Positions 28,889-37,419 of a DNA stretch of 64,000 nt are shown here, piece after piece. Made by a program: the position numbers and the translations under genes. Each line of letters begins with the position of its first letter. The stretch's first letter is position 1. The stretch is from contig QZJK01000001.1 of NCBI GenBank assembly GCA_003599295.1, positions 88 to 64,087 on the forward strand, in the 5' to 3' direction. A model generated the notes under the pieces. The model saw nothing but the letters and a program-made list of their open reading frames with translations. It made no database searches and was not told the DNA's origin. This stretch comes from Candidatus Parcubacteria bacterium. GTDB taxonomy: Bacteria > Patescibacteriota > Minisyncoccia > Phycocordibacterales > UBA2100.

Positions 28889-29662
28889 TCAGTGGACTTG
28901 ACGAGTCTCACCACTTTCGCCTGCAGCCGTCTTCGCGGTGGGTGATGTCGGCGAAGAGGCTTCTTCATGGTCGATGGTCAGGCCGCCCACGGTCCCGGCA
29001 GGAATTTCCGAACGCACCCGCTTGGCGATGCGCGGGGTCGGAGTCGTCTCGATCCACTTGCCGTTCTCGTCTTGCACCACGAAGGTGAAAACGATGCCGA
29101 CCCGGTATTCCGTGACCTCCTCGGGAAGGCCCGTTCTCGACGGATGAAGCTTCGGTTCGTGGTCCGCGGGATATCCACCGGGAGGCGGAATGACACGAGA
29201 CTGCAAGGCAGCTGCATCACGTTGATCGAGAAAGGCCATGAGCTTCCGCTTCTTCAGACGCTGGATGATGCCGACGTCGAAGAGTGCGTAGAGCACGAGG
29301 CCGATGAGCAGTGCAACTGCATTCGGCGTGTTGAAGATCCTGCCGGCGTCGACGACGACTTCTCCGGAGAAATACGAGATGAAGAAGATCGTCGCGGTGC
29401 CGAGGACCGAGAGCAACGCAAGCACCGACCCGGTCGCATCGAGCCGGTATAACGCCTTGTTTGTCTGGTGCATCAGCCCCGAGAGAATGTTCGAGACCAC
29501 CCACACGACGAACATAGGGATGCCGAGCGAAATAAACGAGAGTTCGTATCCGTTCGGCAAGGTGACGTGATCCCAGCCCAAGAGGTAGACAACCGGGACT
29601 ATGACTGCCGTCGCAAGCGCAGTCGCGAATGCGGCGAGCGTGATGATGATTTCAAGAATCAA
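28889..29662 (-). CDS. Hypothetical membrane protein (about 4 TM) with a cytoplasmic C-terminus
   Basis: TTG start with SD GAGGAGG; four hydrophobic segments followed by RLKKRK. Confidence 0.78.
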   Translation of the reverse strand: MILEIIITLAAFATALATAVIVPVVYLLGWDHVTLPNGYELSFISLGIPMFVVWVVSNILSGLMHQTNKALYRLDATGSVLALLSVLGTATIFFISYFSGEVVVDAGRIFNTPNAVALLIGLVLYALFDVGIIQRLKKRKLMAFLDQRDAAALQSRVIPPPGGYPADHEPKLHPSRTGLPEEVTEYRVGIVFTFVVQDENGKWIETTPTPRIAKRVRSEIPAGTVGGLTIDHEEASSPTSPTAKTAAGESGETRQVH

Positions 29663-29843
29663 GGCTAGTCCTCCTCATATTGCTCCATACGGAGCGGTGA
29701 ATCACCTACCCGCGAACGGGTAGGACGATGGTAGCGGCCGGAGCCGCAAATGGATATGAAGAACCATCGCTTAGCTCCTTTCTGGCCGCCTTGGCCTTTG
29801 GTGTGAAGTAACGCAGCCCCAGGCAGTCTGGGGAGCCGGCGAG

Positions 29844-29871
29844 ATTGTACCTCAAAATGTCATTCTGTCAA
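29844..29871 (-). promoter_or_regulatory. Sigma-70 promoter driving a long structured leader
   Basis: TTGACA-N16-TACAAT on the minus strand, overlapping the end of the upstream ORF. Confidence 0.6.
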
Positions 29872-30135
29872 CTTTTCCCTCTCTATTTTCCGCTTCAGTT
29901 GCTCCAAAGAATCTGCAGCTTCGAGTCCTTTTTCTTGTATCTCGCTAATCGCATGTTCTTCTCGGATGGCATCGAAAAGAGTATTGAATAAAAGCGCGCG
30001 TCGCTCCTCTTCCGGAAGCCGCGGATAGTAATGCTCCACGTATTCGCGCACCTCGCCTTCCGAGCCGTTCTCGGTCAATTCCACAAGTTTCTCGCGGAAT
30101 GCGTCCAACTCTTCTTTTGTCATTACGGTGACCAT
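29860..30135 (-). CDS. Small acidic helical hypothetical protein
   Basis: Begins immediately after the stop of 30138..31838; Glu-rich. Confidence 0.65.
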   Translation of the reverse strand: MVTVMTKEELDAFREKLVELTENGSEGEVREYVEHYYPRLPEEERRALLFNTLFDAIREEHAISEIQEKGLEAADSLEQLKRKIEREKLTE

Positions 30136-30137
30136 AG

Positions 30138-31838
30138 TTATGCGTGAACGGGCCTGCCGAGTGCGGCGCTTGCCCCTTTGTTCCAATTTTGACCGAGCAG
30201 TATCTCAAAGACCCACGCCCAAAATCCTGTACCTGCATGTTCTTTTCTCTCGGTCTCGGCCATGCCGCCAAGTATACGGTCTTGTGCGGCGATATCGTTT
30301 TGCGGCCAGTCTCGCTCTCGCATGCGCGCACGCACCCGCTCCTCAACTGATTTCGGCGAGAAACGCTCCTTGCTCAACTTCTGCGCTTCCTCGTAAGAAT
30401 GCGGACCTCCTTCGCCGGACGCCTTTTGATTCTTGTTTGAAAGCACCTCTCGCGCGATACGCGTTCTCATTTCGGGATTGGAAATTGTCGGTTGGAGGAA
30501 TTCGGCGATGTCCTGCAGCGTTCCATCGATGCGGTTCATGACCCAGGAGCGCGGGTCGCGTACATCAAGCCGCGTTGGCATGGCTGATTCCATTTCACGC
30601 ATTGCCATCAGTGCAGCATTTCTCGAAGACCCGACAAAAGGGATTTTAGTAATTCGTTCAGCTCGATCAATCGCACGCCTGAACGTTCCAGCTCGTTCGT
30701 GAATATATGCAGTCAGTTGGTCTTTGCTGGCTTGCCGCTCATTCGCATTCGAGACGTTTACCATAACGGTCAGATCCTTTCGCGAAAGACCCAGCCGATC
30801 ACTAATCGCCTTGATGTCTTCATCGGCGCGTTTATATCTCAATGTGCCTCGATCTTTTTCCATGTCTGCCATCGCGCCCCACATCTTCATGATGTCGTCC
30901 GGCTTCTCCATCGCTTGATGCAATATTGCCTGATGCACCATCTCTGTCGCCCTATCGCCTTCGTGCGTAAGCAAGTTCAAAAAATCTTTATTCCGACGTG
31001 CTAAAAGCTCCACCTCCTGGGGCGTCATGCGCTTATTGATATCTTCGGCGAATCTCAAGCGCAGAGAATATTCATGCGCCGCATACGTCATGAAATCCAT
31101 GTCCTCTTTCGTCGGAGCGCCGTTGATATACCGCTCGAGAGCTCCGTCGGCATCTTTTGAATTGATGGCTCGCAGCGCTTCTCCGAAAAGCTGCGAATCG
31201 CGACTGTCCGCGAGAATGTCTCGGATGGGCTTTATCGGAATTCCCGCATACCGTCGGTCCCGTATCTCATAGGCACCCGGCCGCGGCCCGCCCGACATTA
31301 TGCGTCCCGCGTCGAGCCGTCCATCGCGAGAATGTTCCGGTGTAGGCGGCTCCGGCGATTGCACGCTGGGACCATCGCCCTGCCCATCGGCGGCGGCCGC
31401 AATGTATGCGCGATTAAATCGGAGCGGATTATTTTGCTGTTCGGGACTTGCTGGCGACGCAAGCGGTGTTGTTGGGGTAGGTTCTGTTGTCGTGGATGTT
31501 TGGTCATTTCCTCGCAGAGGTGAAGCTGGTGTTCCGTCAGCATCTAACATCCTTAATCTATATCTAACGGGTCCGCGCGGAGCGCCCCCGAGCATTTGAT
31601 GCGCGACCTCATCCTCTTCCGGCGTTCCGGGAACAAGTTGACGCTCGCTTCCGTCGGGATTGAACAGCACGACACCTTCGTCGCGTGATTGATATTCAAC
31701 TTCTTGAGGTGTTTCCGGCGATGCTTCGCCAGACTCTTCTTGTTGAACAGGGATCCGATTGCCGGGTGCGCTTGCTTCCTCGTCTTCTTCTCTGATGCGT
31801 ACGGTCTGTGAACGATTCAAGCCATCCTCCAAATTCAT
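30138..31838 (-). CDS. Hypothetical protein (disordered N-terminus, helical C-terminus)
   Basis: 566-aa ORF; TGcTACCAT extended -10 just upstream. Confidence 0.75.
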   Translation of the reverse strand: MNLEDGLNRSQTVRIREEDEEASAPGNRIPVQQEESGEASPETPQEVEYQSRDEGVVLFNPDGSERQLVPGTPEEDEVAHQMLGGAPRGPVRYRLRMLDADGTPASPLRGNDQTSTTTEPTPTTPLASPASPEQQNNPLRFNRAYIAAAADGQGDGPSVQSPEPPTPEHSRDGRLDAGRIMSGGPRPGAYEIRDRRYAGIPIKPIRDILADSRDSQLFGEALRAINSKDADGALERYINGAPTKEDMDFMTYAAHEYSLRLRFAEDINKRMTPQEVELLARRNKDFLNLLTHEGDRATEMVHQAILHQAMEKPDDIMKMWGAMADMEKDRGTLRYKRADEDIKAISDRLGLSRKDLTVMVNVSNANERQASKDQLTAYIHERAGTFRRAIDRAERITKIPFVGSSRNAALMAMREMESAMPTRLDVRDPRSWVMNRIDGTLQDIAEFLQPTISNPEMRTRIAREVLSNKNQKASGEGGPHSYEEAQKLSKERFSPKSVEERVRARMRERDWPQNDIAAQDRILGGMAETERKEHAGTGFWAWVFEILLGQNWNKGASAALGRPVHA

Positions 31839-31922
31839 AGCAAAATGGTAGCATGAAAAAGAAATCGGAGCGGGTGGACTAGGTCCTCCCGCTCCGTTGC
31901 CGCAGCATAGCGCTTTGGCGAA

Positions 31923-32732
31923 TCAAACCGCGTGTTGAGGCGTTGATGACGCCTCAGCAGGTTTCGCGGCACGTAGATCGGACCGAAGTTTCTTGTAATT
32001 GTCCTCCAGCCGATCGAAGAACGAGCCGTAGTTCTTGGCGTCGACGCGACGCAAGACATCCCTCTGGGCAACGAGCCGCGTCAGCTTCCCGTTGACTTCG
32101 CGAATCAGGAGCACTGCGCCGATCGGCATCTTCCAGAGAACGTAGGATGACGCCGGGCAACCAAGCAGAGGGATATTGCGACCCACTGCTTTTGCTCCCA
32201 GTCGCTCCGCTTCGACCTTGCCCATGCTGAAAGTCGGATCGGTGAGAGCGTGCCGCAGTTCGGCTTCGTTCTCGGCCATCGCAACCCTGACTGAGGCATT
32301 GTCGAAGGAATACGAACCGTGGGTGACGAGTTCGCCATGCTTCTGAATTTCCAGCCGGTCGTTCGCCGTACTGCCGTTCACCGCCATGAGGCCCGTACGG
32401 ACAAGCACGTAGTAGGCTTGCTCGTCGCGGTGCGACACAATGAACGATTTCTTCAGGTCACCTTCTTCCACCTGAATGATAGACCCCGAGACGATCTTTT
32501 CGCCGCGCGTACCGTCGGCGGCAAATTTCGGGAAGTCCTCCAGTCCAGGCGGAATGATACGCGCCCATTTCACGGGCTTCTCGTTCTTGGCCCGCAACTG
32601 GGGACCAACGACAAGGGAAGGAACAACCCCCGCCCGATTCCCATAAGGATCGGGTACTTCGCTGGCACGAATGCCGTTGAAGAGAGCGTCGTTACGCCCG
32701 AGGAAAAAGTGGAAGTTCGTCTGTTCAACCAT
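31923..32732 (-). CDS. Hypothetical protein
   Basis: 269-aa ORF with its own consensus promoter and a downstream hairpin (about 31867-31895). Confidence 0.75.
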   Translation of the reverse strand: MVEQTNFHFFLGRNDALFNGIRASEVPDPYGNRAGVVPSLVVGPQLRAKNEKPVKWARIIPPGLEDFPKFAADGTRGEKIVSGSIIQVEEGDLKKSFIVSHRDEQAYYVLVRTGLMAVNGSTANDRLEIQKHGELVTHGSYSFDNASVRVAMAENEAELRHALTDPTFSMGKVEAERLGAKAVGRNIPLLGCPASSYVLWKMPIGAVLLIREVNGKLTRLVAQRDVLRRVDAKNYGSFFDRLEDNYKKLRSDLRAAKPAEASSTPQHAV

Positions 32733-32795
32733 TTTTCAGCTCCAGGTTGGGAGATAAGCCTCTGTGAGGCCAGAGCTACGGTATGCTCTAAGGAA

Positions 32796-32823
32796 ATTAT
32801 ATCATGCAAAAGGAGATTGTCAA
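32796..32823 (-). promoter_or_regulatory. Consensus sigma-70 promoter
   Basis: TTGACA-N16-TATAAT with TG extended -10. Confidence 0.75.
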
Positions 32824-32842
32824 ATTAGGCCTACGTTGAGCC

Positions 32843-32881
32843 AAAAAATCGTTCGGCGGCAGACACGCGCGTCTGCCGCCG
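32843..32881 (-). terminator. Terminator after 32898..33407
   Basis: cggcggcagac-acgcgc-gtctgccgccg followed by a U-run on the minus strand. Confidence 0.65.
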
Positions 32882-32897
32882 ATTGAGAAACGCGCCG

Positions 32898-33407
32898 TTA
32901 TGCGCCCAAGCGACGCTCCGTCCGCTCTCCTCTCGGGGCCGATTTCAGCAGCTCCATGATGAGTCCGTAGAAGATGCGGTTCGAGAGGAGTATCGCGAGC
33001 CACGTGTGCGCCAGGATCACCCATTCGACAATGCCATACCGTATCGGGCTTCCCGCCGGCTCGTCGCGGAAGTAGACGAGCGCGACGAGCCAAACGACGA
33101 TGGCAAGAATGGCGCCGAAGTACGGGAGCTGCCCGGTCCTGATCTGCGCACGCGCCTGTGGAGCATCGATCGAGCCTCGTCCTTCCATCTGCCCTGTCAG
33201 CTCGCGGCCCTCGAGAAGCATGTAGAACGGGAACAGGCCGAACCAGATCGCGGCGATGATCCACTTGGTGCTGTCCGCGAAGCCGCTCCATCCGAGGAGC
33301 GGGACGGCGACCAGGATGATGAGCGCGTAGCCGGGTGCGTTCCAGCGTTCGGCCCATATGAACCTCGGCCTCCCATCTGGACCCGGTTGCCACAGTTTCC
33401 AACTCAT
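32898..33407 (-). CDS. Hypothetical membrane protein (4 TM, Trp-rich)
   Basis: SD CAGGAGG; four hydrophobic segments. Confidence 0.75.
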   Translation of the reverse strand: MSWKLWQPGPDGRPRFIWAERWNAPGYALIILVAVPLLGWSGFADSTKWIIAAIWFGLFPFYMLLEGRELTGQMEGRGSIDAPQARAQIRTGQLPYFGAILAIVVWLVALVYFRDEPAGSPIRYGIVEWVILAHTWLAILLSNRIFYGLIMELLKSAPRGERTERRLGA

Positions 33408-33564
33408 GTCTTCCTCCTGCGTGACCGGCAAAATTGCCGAATAATCCTGAACCCGAAACAGCTCGGGACTAAATGCAGTAATGCATTAAAAAGTGGCGCG
33501 TGTCAAAGTGAGATAAAAGACGCCCCCGCGGCACTTAAGGTGCGCCGCGGGGTAATTGTGTTCG

Positions 33565-33987
33565 TCAGACCTCGACGTTCCGCCGCCGTGGAAACAGGAA
33601 GTGGCGGCAGAAGAGCCAGAAGTGCCGATCCCAAGTATCGTGGCCGTGGCGGCAGACCCGGACACGGAGTCTCCTCCGTGCCCATCCGACGATGAGCAAC
33701 GGAAGACCGATCTCGCCGATAACCATCCACCGCTCCACGTTGAAGAAGCGAAGGAACACCTCGACCTTGCCGCCGACGACGGGAATGTCCCGGAGAAGGC
33801 GGAGAATCTCAAGGTTGAAGTCGAACCAGCCGAGAAGCACTTCCTCGCCGCCCGTGAAGAAAATGGCGGCAAGGATCGCGATGGCAATGAGCCACCGGAG
33901 CCTGACGATAATTGTCCAAATCACCGGACCCGTTTCGTCAGCCACAATTGCAGTTCCAGTCTTCAGGTAGTGCCGAATGCGCTGCAT
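33565..33987 (-). CDS. Hypothetical membrane protein with a basic His/Cys tail
   Basis: SD GAGGAG; two hydrophobic segments; hairpin at about 33524-33552 downstream. Confidence 0.62.
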   Translation of the reverse strand: MQRIRHYLKTGTAIVADETGPVIWTIIVRLRWLIAIAILAAIFFTGGEEVLLGWFDFNLEILRLLRDIPVVGGKVEVFLRFFNVERWMVIGEIGLPLLIVGWARRRLRVRVCRHGHDTWDRHFWLFCRHFLFPRRRNVEV

Positions 33988-34004
33988 CTTTTCTTCTCCT
34001 CGAT

Positions 34005-34346
34005 TCAGCGAAGTGGAAAGCAGACGTCGCCCCACGTGTAGTTGAGGCAACGGCCGACTGGGTGCGGGTCAATGACGATGATTTGTCCGCGGGGAATGAG
34101 ATGCGGTACGAGGACGCCGCGGGGCGGCGCGAACGGCGCCGCATGCCGAGGCGCGTGATGAGCACGAGACACACCACAACGGTTCAACGCTGCAAGGTTC
34201 CCGATTCGCCCCCGCCACTCCTCGTAGCAGAGCCGCACAAGAGGCGGCCAGCAGCCTTCGCCGAGAGCGCCGCCGCAATACGGGGACTGAGCCTGCGCCG
34301 CCGAAGAAACGACGAGCGCAAGTAGAATTGAAAGGAACATTCTCAT
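34005..34346 (-). CDS. Small secreted Cys-rich protein
   Basis: SD GGAGG; signal peptide MRMFLSILLALVVSSAAQA; 6 Cys. Confidence 0.72.
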   Translation of the reverse strand: MRMFLSILLALVVSSAAQAQSPYCGGALGEGCWPPLVRLCYEEWRGRIGNLAALNRCGVSRAHHAPRHAAPFAPPRGVLVPHLIPRGQIIVIDPHPVGRCLNYTWGDVCFPLR

Positions 34347-34399
34347 CGCTTTCCTCCGCGATGTGGCTCCGACGAACGCCCGAAATGGACGTCATGTGA

Positions 34400-34437
34400 G
34401 CCCGCACAGAACCTTCGCAAGAAGGTTCTGTGCGGGC
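34400..34437. terminator. Perfect 17-bp hairpin just downstream of the sortase gene
   Basis: gcccgcacagaaccttc-gcaa-gaaggttctgtgcgggc; no clear U-tract. Confidence 0.55.
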
Positions 34438-34453
34438 ATACACGAATGACTAA

Positions 34454-35125
34454 TTAAAGAACCCCTACGAACTCCGCGTCCAGGATCCAGCGGCTGTCTT
34501 TTGAGGTAAGCGTGTCGCAGGTGACGAGCGTAAGACGCGTGCCGTTCTTCGTCGAGAGGTCGATTATCTCGTCGTTCGCGTTTCCGCGGCGAACGGACTT
34601 CACGATATAAAGATACGACTTGCCATCTCCCATGATGGTTATCATGTCGCCGGGTGATAGCTCTGGTACGCGATTGAATGCACGGTACATCTGATTACGC
34701 ACGACCGGAAGATTTGACGTGTGCGCAAATATTAAGACATTGCCTTTCTCACCGGCTTTCGCCGAATCCACGTACCGTACCGGGCCGCTCTTTAGATATC
34801 CATCGAGCGTCTCAATGTCGCGCGTCGCGGGATTTGAGACGGGAAGATCAAGGTCGATCGAAGGAATGACGATGCGCTCAGGAAGTGCCGTAGGCACTGC
34901 CGGCTCATTTTCTGCGATGGTGGATTCGCTTCCGAGCTCCGGGAGATTTGAAAGCGCGACGCGCTCATCGCGAGATGGCGACCCGTCAATGTAGTACGGA
35001 ACGAATCCGACTGAATCGGCCGCAGAGAGGGTGAGGAAGAACATCACAATAGACGCAGCGAAAAAAACCCGCTTCGGAGGTTTCGCGTGATTTCGGATGT
35101 TTGAATTGTTGAAATTCGGCTCCAT
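34454..35125 (-). CDS. Sortase (membrane-anchored cysteine transpeptidase)
   Basis: N-terminal TM; RIVIPSIDLDLPV; GNVLIFAHT (His); FNRVPELSPGDMI; RLTLVTCD (Cys); SRWILDAEF (Arg). Confidence 0.92.
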   Translation of the reverse strand: MEPNFNNSNIRNHAKPPKRVFFAASIVMFFLTLSAADSVGFVPYYIDGSPSRDERVALSNLPELGSESTIAENEPAVPTALPERIVIPSIDLDLPVSNPATRDIETLDGYLKSGPVRYVDSAKAGEKGNVLIFAHTSNLPVVRNQMYRAFNRVPELSPGDMITIMGDGKSYLYIVKSVRRGNANDEIIDLSTKNGTRLTLVTCDTLTSKDSRWILDAEFVGVL

Positions 35126-35137
35126 ATCCAGGTGAAA

Positions 35138-35238
35138 ATAGTACCGTATTTAGCCGTCCTTGTCAAATGCACTGTCTCCGGAGTCCAAAAGATGGTTTTC
35201 GAGCGCTCCTTGACAAGTGCCTTATATCCATGTATCGT
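35138..35238. promoter_or_regulatory. Divergent promoter pair (sortase / CARDB-like protein)
   Basis: Minus: TTGACA(35166-35161)-N17-TACTAT; plus: TTGACA(35210-35215)-N17-TATCGT. Confidence 0.65.
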
Positions 35239-35250
35239 GCCGGAATTCTT

Positions 35251-36324
35251 ATGGCAGAAAACACACAGGCGCCAGGACGGCCGTTTACCATCCCTCCCCC
35301 GCCTGAAGACACACGCACCAGTCTCATCTCGAACGTTCTCGCGGTCGCGGGGTTCATCGTCGTTATTATCGTCGTCATTTGGGGGCTCGTGAACCTCGCG
35401 AGCATCTCGCGCGGATGGTTCGGTTCCTTCTTCGGAGGCTCTTCGCAGGAAGAGACCATCGAGATAGCGGCTCCGGAAAACGCGGATTCAGGTGAAGTAT
35501 TCCGCATCACGTGGGAACACGAACCGTCTTCGACGGGTTCATATGCGTTCCTCTATCAGTGCGTAAGCGGTCTAGAGTTCCGCACGCCCACCCCGATGGG
35601 AACGCTCGGAGCTATCCCCTGCGGAGCTGCGTACACCGTTCCTTCCGACAGCGCGCTCACACTGACCGGTCTGCTTTCGGGAACATCTTCGGCTTCGGTC
35701 CCGCTTTCGATTATTTTCTTGCCGAGTGCGACAGGAACACGAGCGGAAGGAAGCGCTTCCATGACCATCAACAGAGGGGCTGCCATTCCTACGCCGACTC
35801 CTACTCCGACGCCCACGCCGACTCCTACTCCGACGCCCACGCCGACTCCTCAACCGACCCCAACCCCGGCACCGCGTCCTGCGACTCCGGCTGACCTTTC
35901 CGTCTACATTATGTCAGTGATACCCGATGCGGCAGGAATAACGACCGTCACGTTCTCGATTGCGAATAACGGCGGCACATCAAGCGGCACGTATTACTTC
36001 ACCGCCGAGCTCCCGACGACCCAAGCGTACACATATGCGTCGCCCGCGCAGGCATCGCTCGCGCCTGGCTCTTCAATCGTCAACACACTTCGCTTCACGC
36101 AGACGCGCCAAGGCGGCGGTACGTTCTCCGTCTCCGTTGATCCTTCGAACATCGTCCGCGAATCGAACGAGATAAACAACTACGCAAGCCAATTCATCAA
36201 CACGAATGTATACAATCCGTACCCGTACAATTACAACAATCAAAACCCATACAACAACCAATACCCGTACCCGAATCAGTACCAGCAGTATCCGTACTCG
36301 CAGTACTACCCGTACGCGTACTAA
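35251..36324 (+). CDS. Membrane-anchored surface protein: Ig-like domain, (PT)n linker, CARDB-like domain, Y/Q/N/P-rich tail
   Basis: TM LAVAGFIVVIIVVIWGLV; ADLSV...TFSIANNGG...SLAPG...VSVDPSNIVRESNEINN is CARDB-type. Confidence 0.85.
   Translation: MAENTQAPGRPFTIPPPPEDTRTSLISNVLAVAGFIVVIIVVIWGLVNLASISRGWFGSFFGGSSQEETIEIAAPENADSGEVFRITWEHEPSSTGSYAFLYQCVSGLEFRTPTPMGTLGAIPCGAAYTVPSDSALTLTGLLSGTSSASVPLSIIFLPSATGTRAEGSASMTINRGAAIPTPTPTPTPTPTPTPTPTPTPQPTPTPAPRPATPADLSVYIMSVIPDAAGITTVTFSIANNGGTSSGTYYFTAELPTTQAYTYASPAQASLAPGSSIVNTLRFTQTRQGGGTFSVSVDPSNIVRESNEINNYASQFINTNVYNPYPYNYNNQNPYNNQYPYPNQYQQYPYSQYYPYAY
35791..35850 (+). repeat. 24-bp tandem repeat (2.5 copies) encoding the TP linker
   Basis: acgccgactcctactccgacgccc x2 plus a partial copy. 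Confidence 0.85.
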
Positions 36325-36336
36325 AACCGGCTCCTT

Positions 36337-37416
36337 CTAATCGAGGGCTGCCAGTTCATCAGAGACAGGCTGTTTCTTTCTCTCTTCAACGCGGCGAACT
36401 TCATCAATGCCGTGGAAGTATCCTACGCTTAAAGTTCGCTGAAATTCTTGGTCGGGCATAGGGCCCGCTCCCCAAAACACACCTGCCGGAACATACTTGC
36501 CGTTGAGATAGGCATACACCGTCGAACCGGACATACCTTTTGCATGAAGCGGAGATTCATCCTCGGGTTTCAATGCGAGCTTGCCCAGATCGTTTAGATC
36601 TGCCTCACTCTCTCCGGGCGGCAAGATCAACATGAAGGAGTTCTCCATTTGGATAACTTCCTCGGCATTATTCGTCAAACGTCTGGCAAGACCGGGAGAT
36701 ATTTTTATCGCAACGCCGGGATATGTTTTGTGGCCGCGATCGTGTGCCGCAGTCGAAGCCGTATCATCTACATCGACGCCAACCACGGCGACGAATTGGG
36801 CGTGGATGTCGTTATTTGTCATTGAGATATCGTCCTCGACAATACCTGCGCTATCAGAAGTCTCCGCTGTTCCTGACACGTCGACCATATCGATGTCTAT
36901 GTTCTTCACGGGATACGTTATGACTCCTCGCTCAGTTCCATATGTGGCGTGCGCTGCAGTGAGTACCGTTCTCCCATCCCGCCAATACGTACCGTTCCCG
37001 CGACCGTACGGAAAACGCATGCTGTGCACATACTTCTTGTGGAGCTCGGTCGTGTCGTAGGAAGTGTCTTCGAGATGCTCTTGCAAGAGCGGCGCTTCGA
37101 TAGCCCGAAGGACCGTCATGATGGGGTGCTTTCCCTTGCCTTCGAGCGCCTCCAGAACTTCCGGCTCTCGCAGTCTTTTTTGAATTGCTGCAATGGCCGC
37201 ATCAAGCGCCTTTTGTTTTTCGCTCGATTCCTTCTCGAATGAGCCCGCCAGGTCATCTATAAGATCCTGCGGCAATACTCGAACGGCTGCGAACGCTCCG
37301 ACACCGAACAGAAGCGATCTTCGGGTCAGCGAAGGCTCTTCTTGTTTTCGACGTCCCGAAGCCCACCGTGCCCGCTTGTCAGGAACAAAGTCGGGTGATG
37401 GGCCCCTTTCCTTCAT
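36337..37416 (-). CDS. Putative trypsin-like serine protease with a twin-arginine-like N-terminal anchor
   Basis: LTRRSLLFGVGAFAAV; TVLTAAH (His); IDID (Asp); GMSGSTVY (Ser). Confidence 0.65.
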   Translation of the reverse strand: MKERGPSPDFVPDKRARWASGRRKQEEPSLTRRSLLFGVGAFAAVRVLPQDLIDDLAGSFEKESSEKQKALDAAIAAIQKRLREPEVLEALEGKGKHPIMTVLRAIEAPLLQEHLEDTSYDTTELHKKYVHSMRFPYGRGNGTYWRDGRTVLTAAHATYGTERGVITYPVKNIDIDMVDVSGTAETSDSAGIVEDDISMTNNDIHAQFVAVVGVDVDDTASTAAHDRGHKTYPGVAIKISPGLARRLTNNAEEVIQMENSFMLILPPGESEADLNDLGKLALKPEDESPLHAKGMSGSTVYAYLNGKYVPAGVFWGAGPMPDQEFQRTLSVGYFHGIDEVRRVEERKKQPVSDELAALD

Positions 37417-37419
37417 ACG

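Noticed and set aside
33556-34041. 161-aa acidic ORF on the plus strand
   Set aside because: It is the antisense mirror of the minus-strand membrane-protein gene, which has an SD and matches the orientation of its neighbours.
24981-34437. Integron cassette array
   Set aside because: No integrase and no recurring attC-like RYYYAAC...GTTRRRY structure was found; the genes carry their own promoters.
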